Origin: an uncultured Clostridia bacterium
Lineage (GTDB): Bacteria > Bacillota > Clostridia > HGM11514
NCBI GenBank assembly: GCA_934464705.1
Contig: CAKSKB010000004.1
Span: forward strand, 9,570-73,569
Length of the DNA stretch: 64,000 bases
Reading direction: 5' to 3'
Below, piece by piece: positions 49,975-59,582 of this stretch. The translations under genes and the position numbers were made by a program. The notes under the pieces were generated by a model. It worked only from the letters and a program-made list of their open reading frames with translations. It was not told where the DNA came from and made no database searches. The stretch's first letter is position 1; each line of letters opens with the position of its first letter.

Positions 49975-52032
49975 ATGAAGCAGTATCCTGTCGACAAAAT
50001 CAGAAACATATGCCTCGCCTCCGGCGGCGGAGCAGGTAAAACAACATTGGGAGAAGCGTGTCTGCACCTTGCAGGCGCATCAGATAGATTCGGACGAATT
50101 GCGGACGGCAATACGGTATCCGATTTTGACCCCGAGGAAATTAAAAGGAGAATATCAATAAGCACGACCATACTTCCGTTTGAATGGAATGACTGCAAAA
50201 TTAACTTCATCGACACTCCCGGCTATCTCGATTTTGCCGGCGAGGTCAAAGAAGGAATCCGCGCGGCAGACGCAATGGTTATTCCGGTAAGCGGTAAGAG
50301 CGGCGTAAGCGCAGGCACGGAAAAGGCATGGAAATATGCGCAGGAACAGGGCATTCCGGCAATTTTCTTCATAAACAAGGTTGATGATGAGAAATCCGAT
50401 TACCACAAGGTCGCAGAACAGCTAAGAGAAGTTTTCGGCAAAAATGTTATACCTTTTCTCGCACCCGTTAAAACCGACCACAAAACTCTTGACGGATTTA
50501 TAGATGTTATGCGCCTCAAAGGCAAGCAAATAAAGGGAAAAACAACAGAAGACTGGGAGATTCCGGCAGGCATCGGCGATGAGCTTGCGGTTTTCAGAGA
50601 TATGATTTCCGAAGCGATTGCAATGACCGACGATGAGCTCATGGAAAAATATTTCAGCGGTGAGGAATTCACACAGGACGAAATCAAAAAAGCAATGAAA
50701 GCCGGCATACGCTCGGGCGATATATCGCCTATTCTGTGCGGAAGCGCCGCAACAGGTGAAGGCGTTGCATTCCTGCTGGATGCGATTGTAAGATATATGC
50801 CGTCGCCGGAAGGTACATATGCGGCGGAAGACGCAAACGGCGAACCGACAGATGTTGCGTGCGACGAGAACGCACCGCTTTCGGTATTTGTGTTCAAAAC
50901 AATTGCAGACCCGTATGTGGGCAAAATGTCTTATTTCAAAGTTATGTCCGGAACGCTCAAAGCGGACTCCGTTTTATATAATGTCAACCGTGAAGCCAAC
51001 GAAAAAGTCGGCAGACTGTACACTGTGTGCGGCAAAAAGCAGACCGAAACACAGAGCGTTACGGCAGGTGACATAGGTGCGGTTGCAAAGCTTGCGGTCA
51101 GCAAAACGGGCGACACGCTTTGCGTGCCGTCTGCCAAGGTTAAATTTGAACCGATAGCTTTCCCGAAACCCGTTCTTTCACTCGCGGTTAAGCCGAAGGC
51201 GAAAGGCGATGAGGAAAAAATGACCGCCGGCCTCACAAAACTCATGGAGGAGGACGCAACTCTTAAACTCGAAAACAACAAGGAAACCCACCAGCTGATT
51301 CTCTCCGGCATGGGCGAGCAGCAGCTTGACATAGTTGTGAGCAAGCTGAAAACAAAGTTCGGCGTTGAAGTTGAACTTTCCGAACCTATCACGGCATTCA
51401 GGGAAACTCTGCGCAAAAAGGTTAAGGTTGAAGGAAAACACAAGAAACAGTCCGGCGGACACGGACAGTACGGTCATGTGTGGATTGAATTTGAACCCGG
51501 CGAGGAAGAGGACTTAACATTCTGCGAAACCGTTGTGGGCGGCGCAGTTCCGAAGAACTACTTCCCCGCGGTTGAGAAGGGTCTTAAGGAATCGATTCAG
51601 CACGGCGTTCTGGCAGGATACCCGGTTGTTAACCTCAAAGCCACCCTCACGGACGGCTCTTATCACCCGGTGGATTCATCGGAAATGGCGTTCAAGGTTG
51701 CGGCATCGCTCGCCTTCAAGAAGGGCATGGAGGAAGGCGGCTCGGTTCTCCTGGAACCGGTAGGGCTTTTGAGCGTTGAGGTTCCGGATTCATATACCGG
51801 CGATATTATAGGCGATATAAACAAGCGCCGCGGAAGAATACTCGGTATGAACCCCGGCTCGATTGAGGCGGAAGTTCCGATGTCGGAAATGCATAAATAC
51901 GCAACCGACCTTCGCTCAATGACCCAGGGCAGAGGAAGTTTTACTCTGACATTCCAGAGATACGAGGAGGTTCCGGCAAATATAGCGCAGAAAATTATAG
52001 CGGACGCCGCAGCAAAGAAAAAAGACGAATAA
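49975..52032 (+). CDS. Elongation-factor-G paralogue (EF-G-like translational GTPase, non-canonical G motifs)
   Basis: 685 aa with full EF-G domain order (G, II, III, IV, V). G1 is LASGGGAGKTT (canonical AHIDAGKTT). G3 is DTPGYLDF (canonical DTPGHVDF). G4 NKVD is intact. AGGAGGGG RBS. Confidence 0.8.
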   Translation: MKQYPVDKIRNICLASGGGAGKTTLGEACLHLAGASDRFGRIADGNTVSDFDPEEIKRRISISTTILPFEWNDCKINFIDTPGYLDFAGEVKEGIRAADAMVIPVSGKSGVSAGTEKAWKYAQEQGIPAIFFINKVDDEKSDYHKVAEQLREVFGKNVIPFLAPVKTDHKTLDGFIDVMRLKGKQIKGKTTEDWEIPAGIGDELAVFRDMISEAIAMTDDELMEKYFSGEEFTQDEIKKAMKAGIRSGDISPILCGSAATGEGVAFLLDAIVRYMPSPEGTYAAEDANGEPTDVACDENAPLSVFVFKTIADPYVGKMSYFKVMSGTLKADSVLYNVNREANEKVGRLYTVCGKKQTETQSVTAGDIGAVAKLAVSKTGDTLCVPSAKVKFEPIAFPKPVLSLAVKPKAKGDEEKMTAGLTKLMEEDATLKLENNKETHQLILSGMGEQQLDIVVSKLKTKFGVEVELSEPITAFRETLRKKVKVEGKHKKQSGGHGQYGHVWIEFEPGEEEDLTFCETVVGGAVPKNYFPAVEKGLKESIQHGVLAGYPVVNLKATLTDGSYHPVDSSEMAFKVAASLAFKKGMEEGGSVLLEPVGLLSVEVPDSYTGDIIGDINKRRGRILGMNPGSIEAEVPMSEMHKYATDLRSMTQGRGSFTLTFQRYEEVPANIAQKIIADAAAKKKDE

Positions 52033-52085
52033 TTCAATCAAATACCCGAGGCTTTATGCCTCGGGTTACATAATTGCAAAGCATA

Positions 52086-52117
52086 TAAAAAAGCACTTGC
52101 ATATGCAAGTGCTTTTC
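52086..52117. terminator. Bidirectional terminator shared by the EF-G paralogue (+) and tRNA-Val (-)
   Basis: AAAAAAGCACTTGCATATGCAAGTGCTTTT palindrome with an A-run and a T-run. A second hairpin CCCGAGGC-TTTAT-GCCTCGGG sits at 52045-52065. Confidence 0.8.
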
Positions 52118-52118
52118 G

Positions 52119-52191
52119 TGGGCGATACAGGGCTCGAACCTGTGACCCTCTGCTTGTAAGGCAGATGCTCTCCCAGCTGAGCTAATCGCCC
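52119..52191 (-). tRNA. tRNA-Val (anticodon TAC)
   Basis: Minus strand reads GGGCGATTAGCTCAGCTGGGAGAGCATCTGCCTTACAAGCAGAGGGTCACAGGTTCGAGCCCTGTATCGCCCA. It folds as a cloverleaf with 7-bp acceptor, D-arm GCTC/GAGC, anticodon stem TCTGC/GCAGA with loop CTTACAA, and T-arm ACAGG-TTCGAGC-CCTGT. CCA is not encoded. Confidence 0.9.
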
Positions 52192-52300
52192 TCAGAACGC
52201 TATTCATTATACCAAAGTTTTTTTAATTTGTCAAGGCTTTTTTTGAAAAAAAGTAATTTTTTTTGAAATATCGGAAAAAATACCGTTGAGGTGACAGATT

Positions 52301-52657
52301 ATGATGTATTTGAAAGCGTTTATATTCGGAGGGCTTATATGCGTTTTGGGACAACTGCTTATAGACTGCACTAAACTTACCCCGGCAAGAATACTAACAT
52401 CGTTCGTGGTTGCCGGTGTTATTCTGGGCAATCTCGGACTTTACGAACCGTTTGCCAAGTTTGCCGGCTGCGGAGCGACAATACCCATTTCAGGCTTCGG
52501 AAACACTCTTTCAAAAGGTGTTGCGAAAGCAATATCCGAAAAAGGAGCACTCGGAATCTTAACCGGACCGCTGACCGCAGCGGCGGGCGGTATCGGCGCC
52601 GCCATAATATTCGGATGGTTAGTATCGGTAATATTCAAGCCAAAAATAAAGAGCTGA
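52301..52657 (+). CDS. spoVAEB: Stage V sporulation protein AEB (SpoVAEB, SpoVAC/SpoVAEB family)
   Basis: 118 aa; near-colinear with B. subtilis SpoVAEB (FIFGGLICVLGQLLID..KLTPA..FAGCGATIPISGFGN..AIIFGWL..FKPK). GAGGTGA RBS. Confidence 0.85.
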   Translation: MMYLKAFIFGGLICVLGQLLIDCTKLTPARILTSFVVAGVILGNLGLYEPFAKFAGCGATIPISGFGNTLSKGVAKAISEKGALGILTGPLTAAAGGIGAAIIFGWLVSVIFKPKIKS

Positions 52658-52685
52658 AAACCCCTGGGTTTTCGGCTCTTTTCAG

Positions 52686-53825
52686 CTATATAAACAGACT
52701 TCTTTCCTCGCAGGCACCGTCATAATACTCTGTTGGAATCGGCGCAGGAAGGTCAAATTCGGTTGTGAGGCGCTTTGTTATTCCGTCGTTCGACGATTCA
52801 ACCACCGCTTTCATAACCTCAAGCGCATGATAGCTCATTTCGTAAGAAAGCCTCGGTTTTCTGCCGGTTCTGAGCGCCCATGCCATGTCCGCGGCCGCCG
52901 CACCTCTCGTACCGTCCCGAAACGGATGGAACAGAGGAAACTCCATCTTTTCAAAATGCGGCTTTTCAAGATATATTTTTCCGGAAAAATCGTTTGTATC
53001 GGGCAGATACAGCATGCCTTCCGTTCCCTGGATAATAAGCATGCTTCCCGAAACCGCAAATTCCGAAGATGTGGTGAAAGAAAGCAGCGGTCCGCTTCTG
53101 AATCTCATGCTTGCACACATGGTGTTTTCGGTATTTACAAAAAAATTCTCATTAAACTTTTCGTGCCTCGGGTTAAGATACGGTCTATTCGGCTTCCTTG
53201 TGTACGCAAAACCGCAGACGCTTTCTATCGGTCCGAAAATGTTGAAAAGAGTGTGCAAATCGTATCCGCCCATATCATAAGGAATACCGCCGCCCTCACA
53301 CATTACCGAATACTTTCTGTGTGCGTCGTCCTCAGATGACTTAATCATAAAATACCCTCTCGGGCGGTTTGAAATAATCTGAATAACCTCACCGATAAGT
53401 CCTTTTTCTACAATGAGTCTCGCCGTCTGTTCGGCAGCACCGAAGAAAGTATCGGGTCCGGCGGCAAACATCAGATTTTTTTCCCTGCTGATTCTGCCTA
53501 GTTCCTGCGCCTCGCTTAAGGTTGTGCTCATCATTTTTTCGCTGTAGCAGTGTTTACCGGCATTCAGAATACTTTTGCTCACCTCGTAATGTGCCGAAGG
53601 ATATGTAAGATTAAGCACGAGTTCAATCTCGGGGTCGTTAAGTATCTGCTCGTTTGTAAGCTGTTTAGTCTTGAATATTTCGGCCTTTTCTTTTGATTTT
53701 TCGCTCACGATATCCGAAATGCCGACAAGGTCAATAATGGAAAACTTATGATAAAAGCTGTCAAGATACGCCGGGCTTATCATTCCGGCACCTATAACCG
53801 CAGTTTTTACGGGTTTAACTTTCAT
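52686..53825 (-). CDS. Gfo/Idh/MocA-family NAD(P)-dependent oxidoreductase
   Basis: MKVKPVKTAVIGAGMISPAYL Rossmann N-terminus; ATGA overlap with the upstream isomerase gene. Confidence 0.8.
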   Translation of the reverse strand: MKVKPVKTAVIGAGMISPAYLDSFYHKFSIIDLVGISDIVSEKSKEKAEIFKTKQLTNEQILNDPEIELVLNLTYPSAHYEVSKSILNAGKHCYSEKMMSTTLSEAQELGRISREKNLMFAAGPDTFFGAAEQTARLIVEKGLIGEVIQIISNRPRGYFMIKSSEDDAHRKYSVMCEGGGIPYDMGGYDLHTLFNIFGPIESVCGFAYTRKPNRPYLNPRHEKFNENFFVNTENTMCASMRFRSGPLLSFTTSSEFAVSGSMLIIQGTEGMLYLPDTNDFSGKIYLEKPHFEKMEFPLFHPFRDGTRGAAAADMAWALRTGRKPRLSYEMSYHALEVMKAVVESSNDGITKRLTTEFDLPAPIPTEYYDGACEERSLFI

Positions 53826-54613
53826 CAGTCCTCAACCCCCATTCTTTTAAGAAAATCATAGCTTGATTTTACACTGTCAAATTCATCCCTGCCGTAGCAG
53901 CAATCCTGTTCTATTGCATAGCTCGCCACGCCCTTCTTTTTGCAGAAATCAATAATGGGCCCCCACTCAAGATTGCCATCCCCGACAGGACAGATTTCAA
54001 CGGGTCTGGACTCAAGAATATCCCTGTTCACGCCTATACCGTAATCTTTTGCGTGAATATAATCGTATCTGTCTTTGTACTTTTCAAGAAACTCAACAAC
54101 ATTTTTACCGCCGGAATGAATCCAGTGCGTATCCGGAATAATCTGAATATACCCGGGGTCCGTTTCCGAAAGAATAATATCGATACCCGTTTTATTACCG
54201 AACCGCTTGAACTCAAATGCGTGAAAATGATATAAAAGCTTAATTCCGTACTTGGCAAACGGCTTTGCCGCCTCATTAAGATAGTGTGCAAAAGCCTTGT
54301 AGCCGCCGGCGCACTCTGTAAGACCTGCCGTTATGGAATCGCATCTTACATATTTAGTTTCAAACAAATCACACTGCGACAAAACCTCCGCCATTCTTTC
54401 CTCAATTTTAAGGTGAGGACAGAAAACGGAGTCATTTTTAATTCCGAATCCATCAAAAATTCTTTTTACCTCTCTTGCATCAAAGCTGTCGGGAATCGTG
54501 TACTGCAGAGTATCAAACCCGATTTCTGACAATCTCCGCACGGTTTCTTTGAGTTCATCAATTGTTTTTGTGCGTTCACGCATCGTGAACATTTGCAGCG
54601 AAATCTTACCCAT
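53825..54613 (-). CDS. Sugar phosphate isomerase/epimerase (xylose-isomerase-like TIM barrel)
   Basis: AP-endonuclease-2/TIM barrel pattern. Start at the internal ATG (MGKISLQMFT) with GGAGG RBS. Confidence 0.7.
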   Translation of the reverse strand: MGKISLQMFTMRERTKTIDELKETVRRLSEIGFDTLQYTIPDSFDAREVKRIFDGFGIKNDSVFCPHLKIEERMAEVLSQCDLFETKYVRCDSITAGLTECAGGYKAFAHYLNEAAKPFAKYGIKLLYHFHAFEFKRFGNKTGIDIILSETDPGYIQIIPDTHWIHSGGKNVVEFLEKYKDRYDYIHAKDYGIGVNRDILESRPVEICPVGDGNLEWGPIIDFCKKKGVASYAIEQDCCYGRDEFDSVKSSYDFLKRMGVED

Positions 54614-54740
54614 TTGTCCGCCTCCGATATATTTTTTCTTAATTATACTTATTCCCGAAGAAAAAACAAAGGTAATTTTCAAAATAATCATTGTAAATTT
54701 CGGTCAGATATAGTATAATGATTTCGGGAGGCGGAATCTT

Positions 54741-55553
54741 ATGAAAATAATAGACATGAAAAAAGACGATTATATGATTAACCGCATAATTGCCCTGCTG
54801 CAGCGCTGGAAAAACGGGCAGATTTGGGACTATTCAACCGTTAAGCGTCCGGACCACGGATTTTATACCGTGCTGCACGGGAAGTGCGAATATGTTGTAA
54901 ACAGTGGAAAAAGCATTGTTTGCAATGCCGGAGATGTGTTGTATATTCCGAAAGGCATTAACTACACAGTTCATTTCTCGTGCGGCAGCGGAGAAAGCGA
55001 TAAATTCTGCCGTTCGCTGCTTATTAATTTCAGGATGAAGGACGCCTTCGGCAGCGATGCGGCATTCAGTGACGGAATAAAAAAGATAAGCTTTGATACA
55101 TTCGGCGAAATTTCAAGAGCGTTTTTGAACATCATTGAACTTTACAAACAAAACCGTATACCGGAAATAAAATCCGCATTTTTTGATATTATTTCAAAAC
55201 TGAACAAAAGCAAGACGCAAACCGCTGCCGACCCGATAGAATCCGTGCTGAAATATATCGATACGCATTTCACATTGCCGATTATGGTGCCTTATCTCGC
55301 AGAAATGTGTGCGCTGAGCGAAACTTCGTTTCGGCGAAAATTCAGAGAAGCAGTCGGAGAAAGTCCCGTAAAATACATAAATTCACTCCGCATCTCAAAA
55401 TCGAAGGAGCTTTTGCGAAGCAGCAATATTACAATTGACGAAATAACCGACTTTCTTTCGTTTTACGACAGAGCACATTTTTGCAAAACATTTAAAAACC
55501 ATACCGGAACATCGCCCAACACTTACAGAAAAAAACACACTGCAAACCGATAG
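54741..55553 (+). CDS. AraC-family transcriptional regulator (cupin-type sensor plus AraC HTH)
   Basis: C-terminal LAEMCALSETSFRRKFREAVGESPVKYINSLRISKSKELL...ITIDEITDFLSFYDRAHFCKTFKNHTGTSPNTYR are the double HTH_AraC motifs. Confidence 0.85.
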   Translation: MKIIDMKKDDYMINRIIALLQRWKNGQIWDYSTVKRPDHGFYTVLHGKCEYVVNSGKSIVCNAGDVLYIPKGINYTVHFSCGSGESDKFCRSLLINFRMKDAFGSDAAFSDGIKKISFDTFGEISRAFLNIIELYKQNRIPEIKSAFFDIISKLNKSKTQTAADPIESVLKYIDTHFTLPIMVPYLAEMCALSETSFRRKFREAVGESPVKYINSLRISKSKELLRSSNITIDEITDFLSFYDRAHFCKTFKNHTGTSPNTYRKKHTANR

Positions 55554-55570
55554 TTTGCAGTGTGCCTATT

Positions 55571-56104
55571 CTATAATCTGACCTTTGTAAATCCATGCTT
55601 TGCTGCGGGAAGAATTTTTTCCGTCAGGTCTTTTGTTTTTATCTTCAGGCTCGATGTATTTATGCAGGGGTGGCAGCCGAAATACTCCGCCGACAGCACA
55701 TCTTCGTCTATAATCAGCGACACATTGCCGTCCTTATCGTTTATAAGCCCAAGAACGCTCACCGAGCCGGGCGTTATGTCCAAAAACCTTTCCATGTATT
55801 CCTCGCCGGCAAAAGACAGCCTTGAAGAATTAATCTGTGCGGATAAATCCTTGGTTTTGAACTGTTTGTTCCCCGGTATCATAAGCAGATAAAACGCCGA
55901 CTTGTTTCTGTTGCACAAAAACAGATTTTTGCATATAAGTGCGCCGAGGGTGCGGTCTATTTCATCGCAGACCTCCATCGTCATAGCCGGTGCGTGGTCC
56001 ACCCTTTCGTATTCCACACCAACGGAATCCAAAAAATCATATGTTCTGATTTCTTTTTCAAGCCTGCCGTCAGAATTCACGGGTCTTCCGTGTTCAAGTA
56101 TCAT
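55571..56104 (-). CDS. YbaK/ProX-type aminoacyl-tRNA deacylase
   Basis: 177 aa; YbaK/EbsC fold motifs (VDHAP..T, KNLFL, GSVSVLG); immediately downstream of serS. Confidence 0.7.
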   Translation of the reverse strand: MILEHGRPVNSDGRLEKEIRTYDFLDSVGVEYERVDHAPAMTMEVCDEIDRTLGALICKNLFLCNRNKSAFYLLMIPGNKQFKTKDLSAQINSSRLSFAGEEYMERFLDITPGSVSVLGLINDKDGNVSLIIDEDVLSAEYFGCHPCINTSSLKIKTKDLTEKILPAAKHGFTKVRL

Positions 56105-56105
56105 A

Positions 56106-57401
56106 TTATTTCTCCGTTATAACTTCCGTGCCGCCCATATAGGGTCTTAACGCCTCGGGAATCCTTACGCTGTATTTTTCGCCGTCAAACATAAGGTTGT
56201 TTTCAAGGAATGCAATAAGCATTCTCGGCGGAGCAACAACGGTGTTATTAAGAGTATGAGCAAGATATTTCTGACCGTCCTCACCCTTAACCTTAATTCC
56301 GAGCCTTCTTGCCTGAGCGTCACCGAGGTTGGAGCATGAGCATACTTCAAAATACTTGCCCTGTTTCGGCGACCACGCCTCAACATCGTAAGACTTAACC
56401 TTAAGGTCAGCCAAATCACCGGTGCAGCACTCGAGAGTTCTTACCGGAATATCCATCGAACGGAACAGTTCAACGCTGTAACTCCACATTTTGTTAAACC
56501 AATCCATGCTTTCCTCGGGTTTACAGATAACAATCATTTCCTGTTTTTCAAACTGGTGTATTCTGTAAATGCCTCTTTCCTCGATACCGTGCGCTCCCTT
56601 TTCCTTTCTGAAGCAGGGCGAATAGCTGGTAAGGGTGAGCGGAAGCTCGGATTCGGGCGTAACGGTGTCGATAAACTTACCGATCATGGAGTGTTCGCTC
56701 GTGCCGATAAGATACAGGTCCTCGCCCTCGATTTTGTACATCATGGCGTCCATTTCCTCAAAACTCATAACGCCGGTAACAACATTGCTGCGGATCATGA
56801 ACGGAGGAATACAATAAGTAAAGCCCTTGTCAATCATAAAATCACGGGCATAAGCGGTAACGGCGCTGTGAAGCCTTGCGATATCGCCCATAAGATAATA
56901 AAAGCCCTCGCCGGCAACCCTGCCTGCGGCTTCTTTATCGATGCCGTTGAATTTCGCCATAATATCGGTATGATAAGGAATTTCAAAATCGACCTTCGTC
57001 TGCTCACCGAACTGCTGAACCTCAACATTTTCCTCATCGTTTTTGCCGACCGGAACGGAAGGGTCAACTATATTCGGGATTTTCATCATGACTTCCTTAA
57101 GTCTTGCTTCAAGGTCGTTTTCCTTTGCCTCCAGAGCCTTAAGCTCGTCCGCCTGAGCGTTTACAAGCTTTTTCATATCCTCGGCTTCATCAAGCTTGCC
57201 CTGCCCCATGAGAGCGCCTATCTGCTTGCTGTATTTGTTTCTGTTTGCGCGAAGTTCACTCGCCTTGCTGTTCGTGTCCTTTTTCTCATCGTAAAGAGAA
57301 ATCGCCTCGTCCACAAGCGGAAGCTTTGCGTCCTCGAACTTCTTTTTTATATTTTCCTTGACAATTTCGGGATTTTCTTTGACAAATTTAATGTCCAGCA
57401 T
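56106..57401 (-). CDS. serS: Seryl-tRNA synthetase
   Basis: MLDIKFVKENPEIVKENIKKK N-terminal coiled-coil arm, class II aaRS motifs 2 and 3 (FRKEKGAHGIEERGIYRIHQFEKQE; GDAQARRLGIKVKGEDG). Confidence 0.93.
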   Translation of the reverse strand: MLDIKFVKENPEIVKENIKKKFEDAKLPLVDEAISLYDEKKDTNSKASELRANRNKYSKQIGALMGQGKLDEAEDMKKLVNAQADELKALEAKENDLEARLKEVMMKIPNIVDPSVPVGKNDEENVEVQQFGEQTKVDFEIPYHTDIMAKFNGIDKEAAGRVAGEGFYYLMGDIARLHSAVTAYARDFMIDKGFTYCIPPFMIRSNVVTGVMSFEEMDAMMYKIEGEDLYLIGTSEHSMIGKFIDTVTPESELPLTLTSYSPCFRKEKGAHGIEERGIYRIHQFEKQEMIVICKPEESMDWFNKMWSYSVELFRSMDIPVRTLECCTGDLADLKVKSYDVEAWSPKQGKYFEVCSCSNLGDAQARRLGIKVKGEDGQKYLAHTLNNTVVAPPRMLIAFLENNLMFDGEKYSVRIPEALRPYMGGTEVITEK

Positions 57402-57501
57402 ATAAAACATATCTCCTTAGTAACATCTTATTTATATAATATATCACATTTCGGAGCATTTATCAATATCAAATCGAAAAAAAGTTGAAATTTTTAGAAA
57501 T

Positions 57502-58206
57502 TTACAGCGGATTTACAACCTGGTCGGTACCCCATACGATGATTTCCTCCACGCAAACATGCTCGGGCATTTCGCAGACATTGACTATTGCTTGCGCAAC
57601 ATCGTCAGCCGTAAGATTATGCTTTTCGTCCGGAATGCCGGCGCCGGAATTAAACCCGGTTGTTGCCGCTGCCGGTATCACGCAGGTAACCCTCAGCCCG
57701 AACGGCTGCAGCTCCACATAAAGTCCTTTTGAAAAGCCGAGAACTCCCCATTTTGCGGAAGCATAGACGGTCCATCCGGGCCACGCCTCCCTGGCGCACA
57801 CGGACGAGAGATTGATAATAAGCCCGCGGCGGTTTTTCTTCATTTCTTCGCCGAATATTTTGGAACCGTAAATAACACTCGAAAGATTGAGTGAAATTGT
57901 TCGGTCAATATCCTCGATTTTCTGGTCGGTCGTATCTTTAATTGCAACTCCGCCGCCGGCATTGTTGATTAAAATATCGGGGCAGCCGTATTTTTCAAGA
58001 ACATATTTTTTTGCCTTCTCCCAATCATCGGGTTTTGTAACATCCATTGCCACAAAGTCCGCAAAAACATTCTCCGCCTTTGCCGATTTGAGTTTTTCCT
58101 CATTTCTTGCGGCTGCTATAACCGTATACCCCAAGCCTGTCAGTCTTTTTGCGGTTGCATAGCCGTAACCGCTTGTTCCGCCTGTCAAAAAAACAATTTT
58201 ACTCAT
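57502..58206 (-). CDS. SDR-family short-chain dehydrogenase/reductase
   Basis: MSKIVFLTGGTSGYGYATAKRL (TGxxxGxG), NNAG, and catalytic YASAK. Confidence 0.88.
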   Translation of the reverse strand: MSKIVFLTGGTSGYGYATAKRLTGLGYTVIAAARNEEKLKSAKAENVFADFVAMDVTKPDDWEKAKKYVLEKYGCPDILINNAGGGVAIKDTTDQKIEDIDRTISLNLSSVIYGSKIFGEEMKKNRRGLIINLSSVCAREAWPGWTVYASAKWGVLGFSKGLYVELQPFGLRVTCVIPAAATTGFNSGAGIPDEKHNLTADDVAQAIVNVCEMPEHVCVEEIIVWGTDQVVNPL

Positions 58207-59579
58207 AGATATTTCCTCCATTTATTTATAGTTGATTTTCTTGAAATCAATAAATCATCATTGGATTTTCCGAAAAAATCCGCTACCAGAAAGCTGCCGA
58301 GACCCTCTCCCGCAGAAATCAGGGTTCTCGTGAGCCTCGCAGAGCTTGCCGCTATATGCGAAAAAGAAGCTCCGCGGCTGCAAACAAAAAGATTGTCAAA
58401 CTCTTTTGTTTCGAGAGCTTCAAGCGGTATGCCGAACGGTGTTTCAAGCTCTTTTGAAAGTCCGCCGGCACCGTGGATATCCCGCATATGATCCGCAACT
58501 GCCGCAAAGTGTTCGGAATTTTTTTGCCGAAACACGCCTGTTATAAGATCATTTTCAGTCAGAATATACCTTCCCTTCAAACGGTAGCTTTCACGGATAC
58601 CCGGTGCAAAAATTTTCTTAAGCCGAAATCCCGAAAGACCCTTCTCCAGCTGGAGATAATTCCAGTACCTGCGCACAATCGCAATGCAGTTTTCATGCTC
58701 GCCGCCAAAATACCTGTTTCCGTCCATTGTGGGGAGCATATTGATGTTCACATCGCCGCCGGGATAAACATTAAAGCACGAAACCGTGTTTTTATTAAAT
58801 CCTACCTCCGGAATATCGGGCGGAAGAGGGTCAATATATGAAGGATCGTCCGTTTTTGAAACCCTGAAAACATATGTAACGCCGTTAACGCTGTCCGACC
58901 GTCTGCCTGCGGAGGGCTCACCGTAATCTTCAATACCCTCCGAGCCTATAGTGTGATCGCAGCCGGCGCAGCGAGCAAGGATGATATTTCCGGTACAATC
59001 GGCAAAAACCTTTGCTTCAACTTCCGTACCGTCCGACAGAATGACCGAACTAACCGCTCCGTCCTTATGCTTGACATCGGCAAAACTTCTTCCGAAAAGC
59101 GGTATCAGGTTATTATTGAGCGGTGCAAAAACAGCTCTCAAAGCGTTCGTCATCGCAGCATCGTCAAACTGAAATCTTTTATAAACTCCAGACGAAGCAA
59201 AAAACATTTTGCAGCGTTTCAGGGTATCTTCGTACCTGCCGTCAGGGTCAAAATCTGAATATCCCCAGCAATACTTTGAAAAATCATTGGAAGACCAATC
59301 ATTTTTCAGTTCCGGGTTTAAAAAGCTTCCGTTCGGGTAGGATTTGCATACGAATCCGCCGCCGGATTTAAGCAGATAATCTTTCAGAACCAGATGCAGA
59401 CCGTCAAAGCTTACGCCCGGTTCCCAGCAGTTGACCCCGGAATACACCGAAGTTCCGCCGAAGTAAGGATTTTGATCGCACACCGCCGTTTTAATCCCGT
59501 TTGAAGCAAGAAAATAAGCAAGCCCCGTACCGCCGGCGCCTGCGCCGAGTATAAAAACATCGGCTTTGATTTTTTCCAT
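58203..59579 (-). CDS. FAD-dependent oxidoreductase (FAD_oxidored family)
   Basis: DVFILGAGAGGTGLAYFLASNGIKTAVCDQNPYFGGT is a dinucleotide-binding GxGxxG-x17-D/E motif. Confidence 0.75.
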   Translation of the reverse strand: MEKIKADVFILGAGAGGTGLAYFLASNGIKTAVCDQNPYFGGTSVYSGVNCWEPGVSFDGLHLVLKDYLLKSGGGFVCKSYPNGSFLNPELKNDWSSNDFSKYCWGYSDFDPDGRYEDTLKRCKMFFASSGVYKRFQFDDAAMTNALRAVFAPLNNNLIPLFGRSFADVKHKDGAVSSVILSDGTEVEAKVFADCTGNIILARCAGCDHTIGSEGIEDYGEPSAGRRSDSVNGVTYVFRVSKTDDPSYIDPLPPDIPEVGFNKNTVSCFNVYPGGDVNINMLPTMDGNRYFGGEHENCIAIVRRYWNYLQLEKGLSGFRLKKIFAPGIRESYRLKGRYILTENDLITGVFRQKNSEHFAAVADHMRDIHGAGGLSKELETPFGIPLEALETKEFDNLFVCSRGASFSHIAASSARLTRTLISAGEGLGSFLVADFFGKSNDDLLISRKSTINKWRKYL

Positions 59580-59582
59580 ACA

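Noticed and set aside
57411-57501. Possible T-box leader upstream of serS
   Set aside because: The intergenic region is only ~90 nt and contains a plausible TTGATA-17-TATATT promoter. That is too short for a T-box riboswitch, and no specifier or antiterminator elements are seen.
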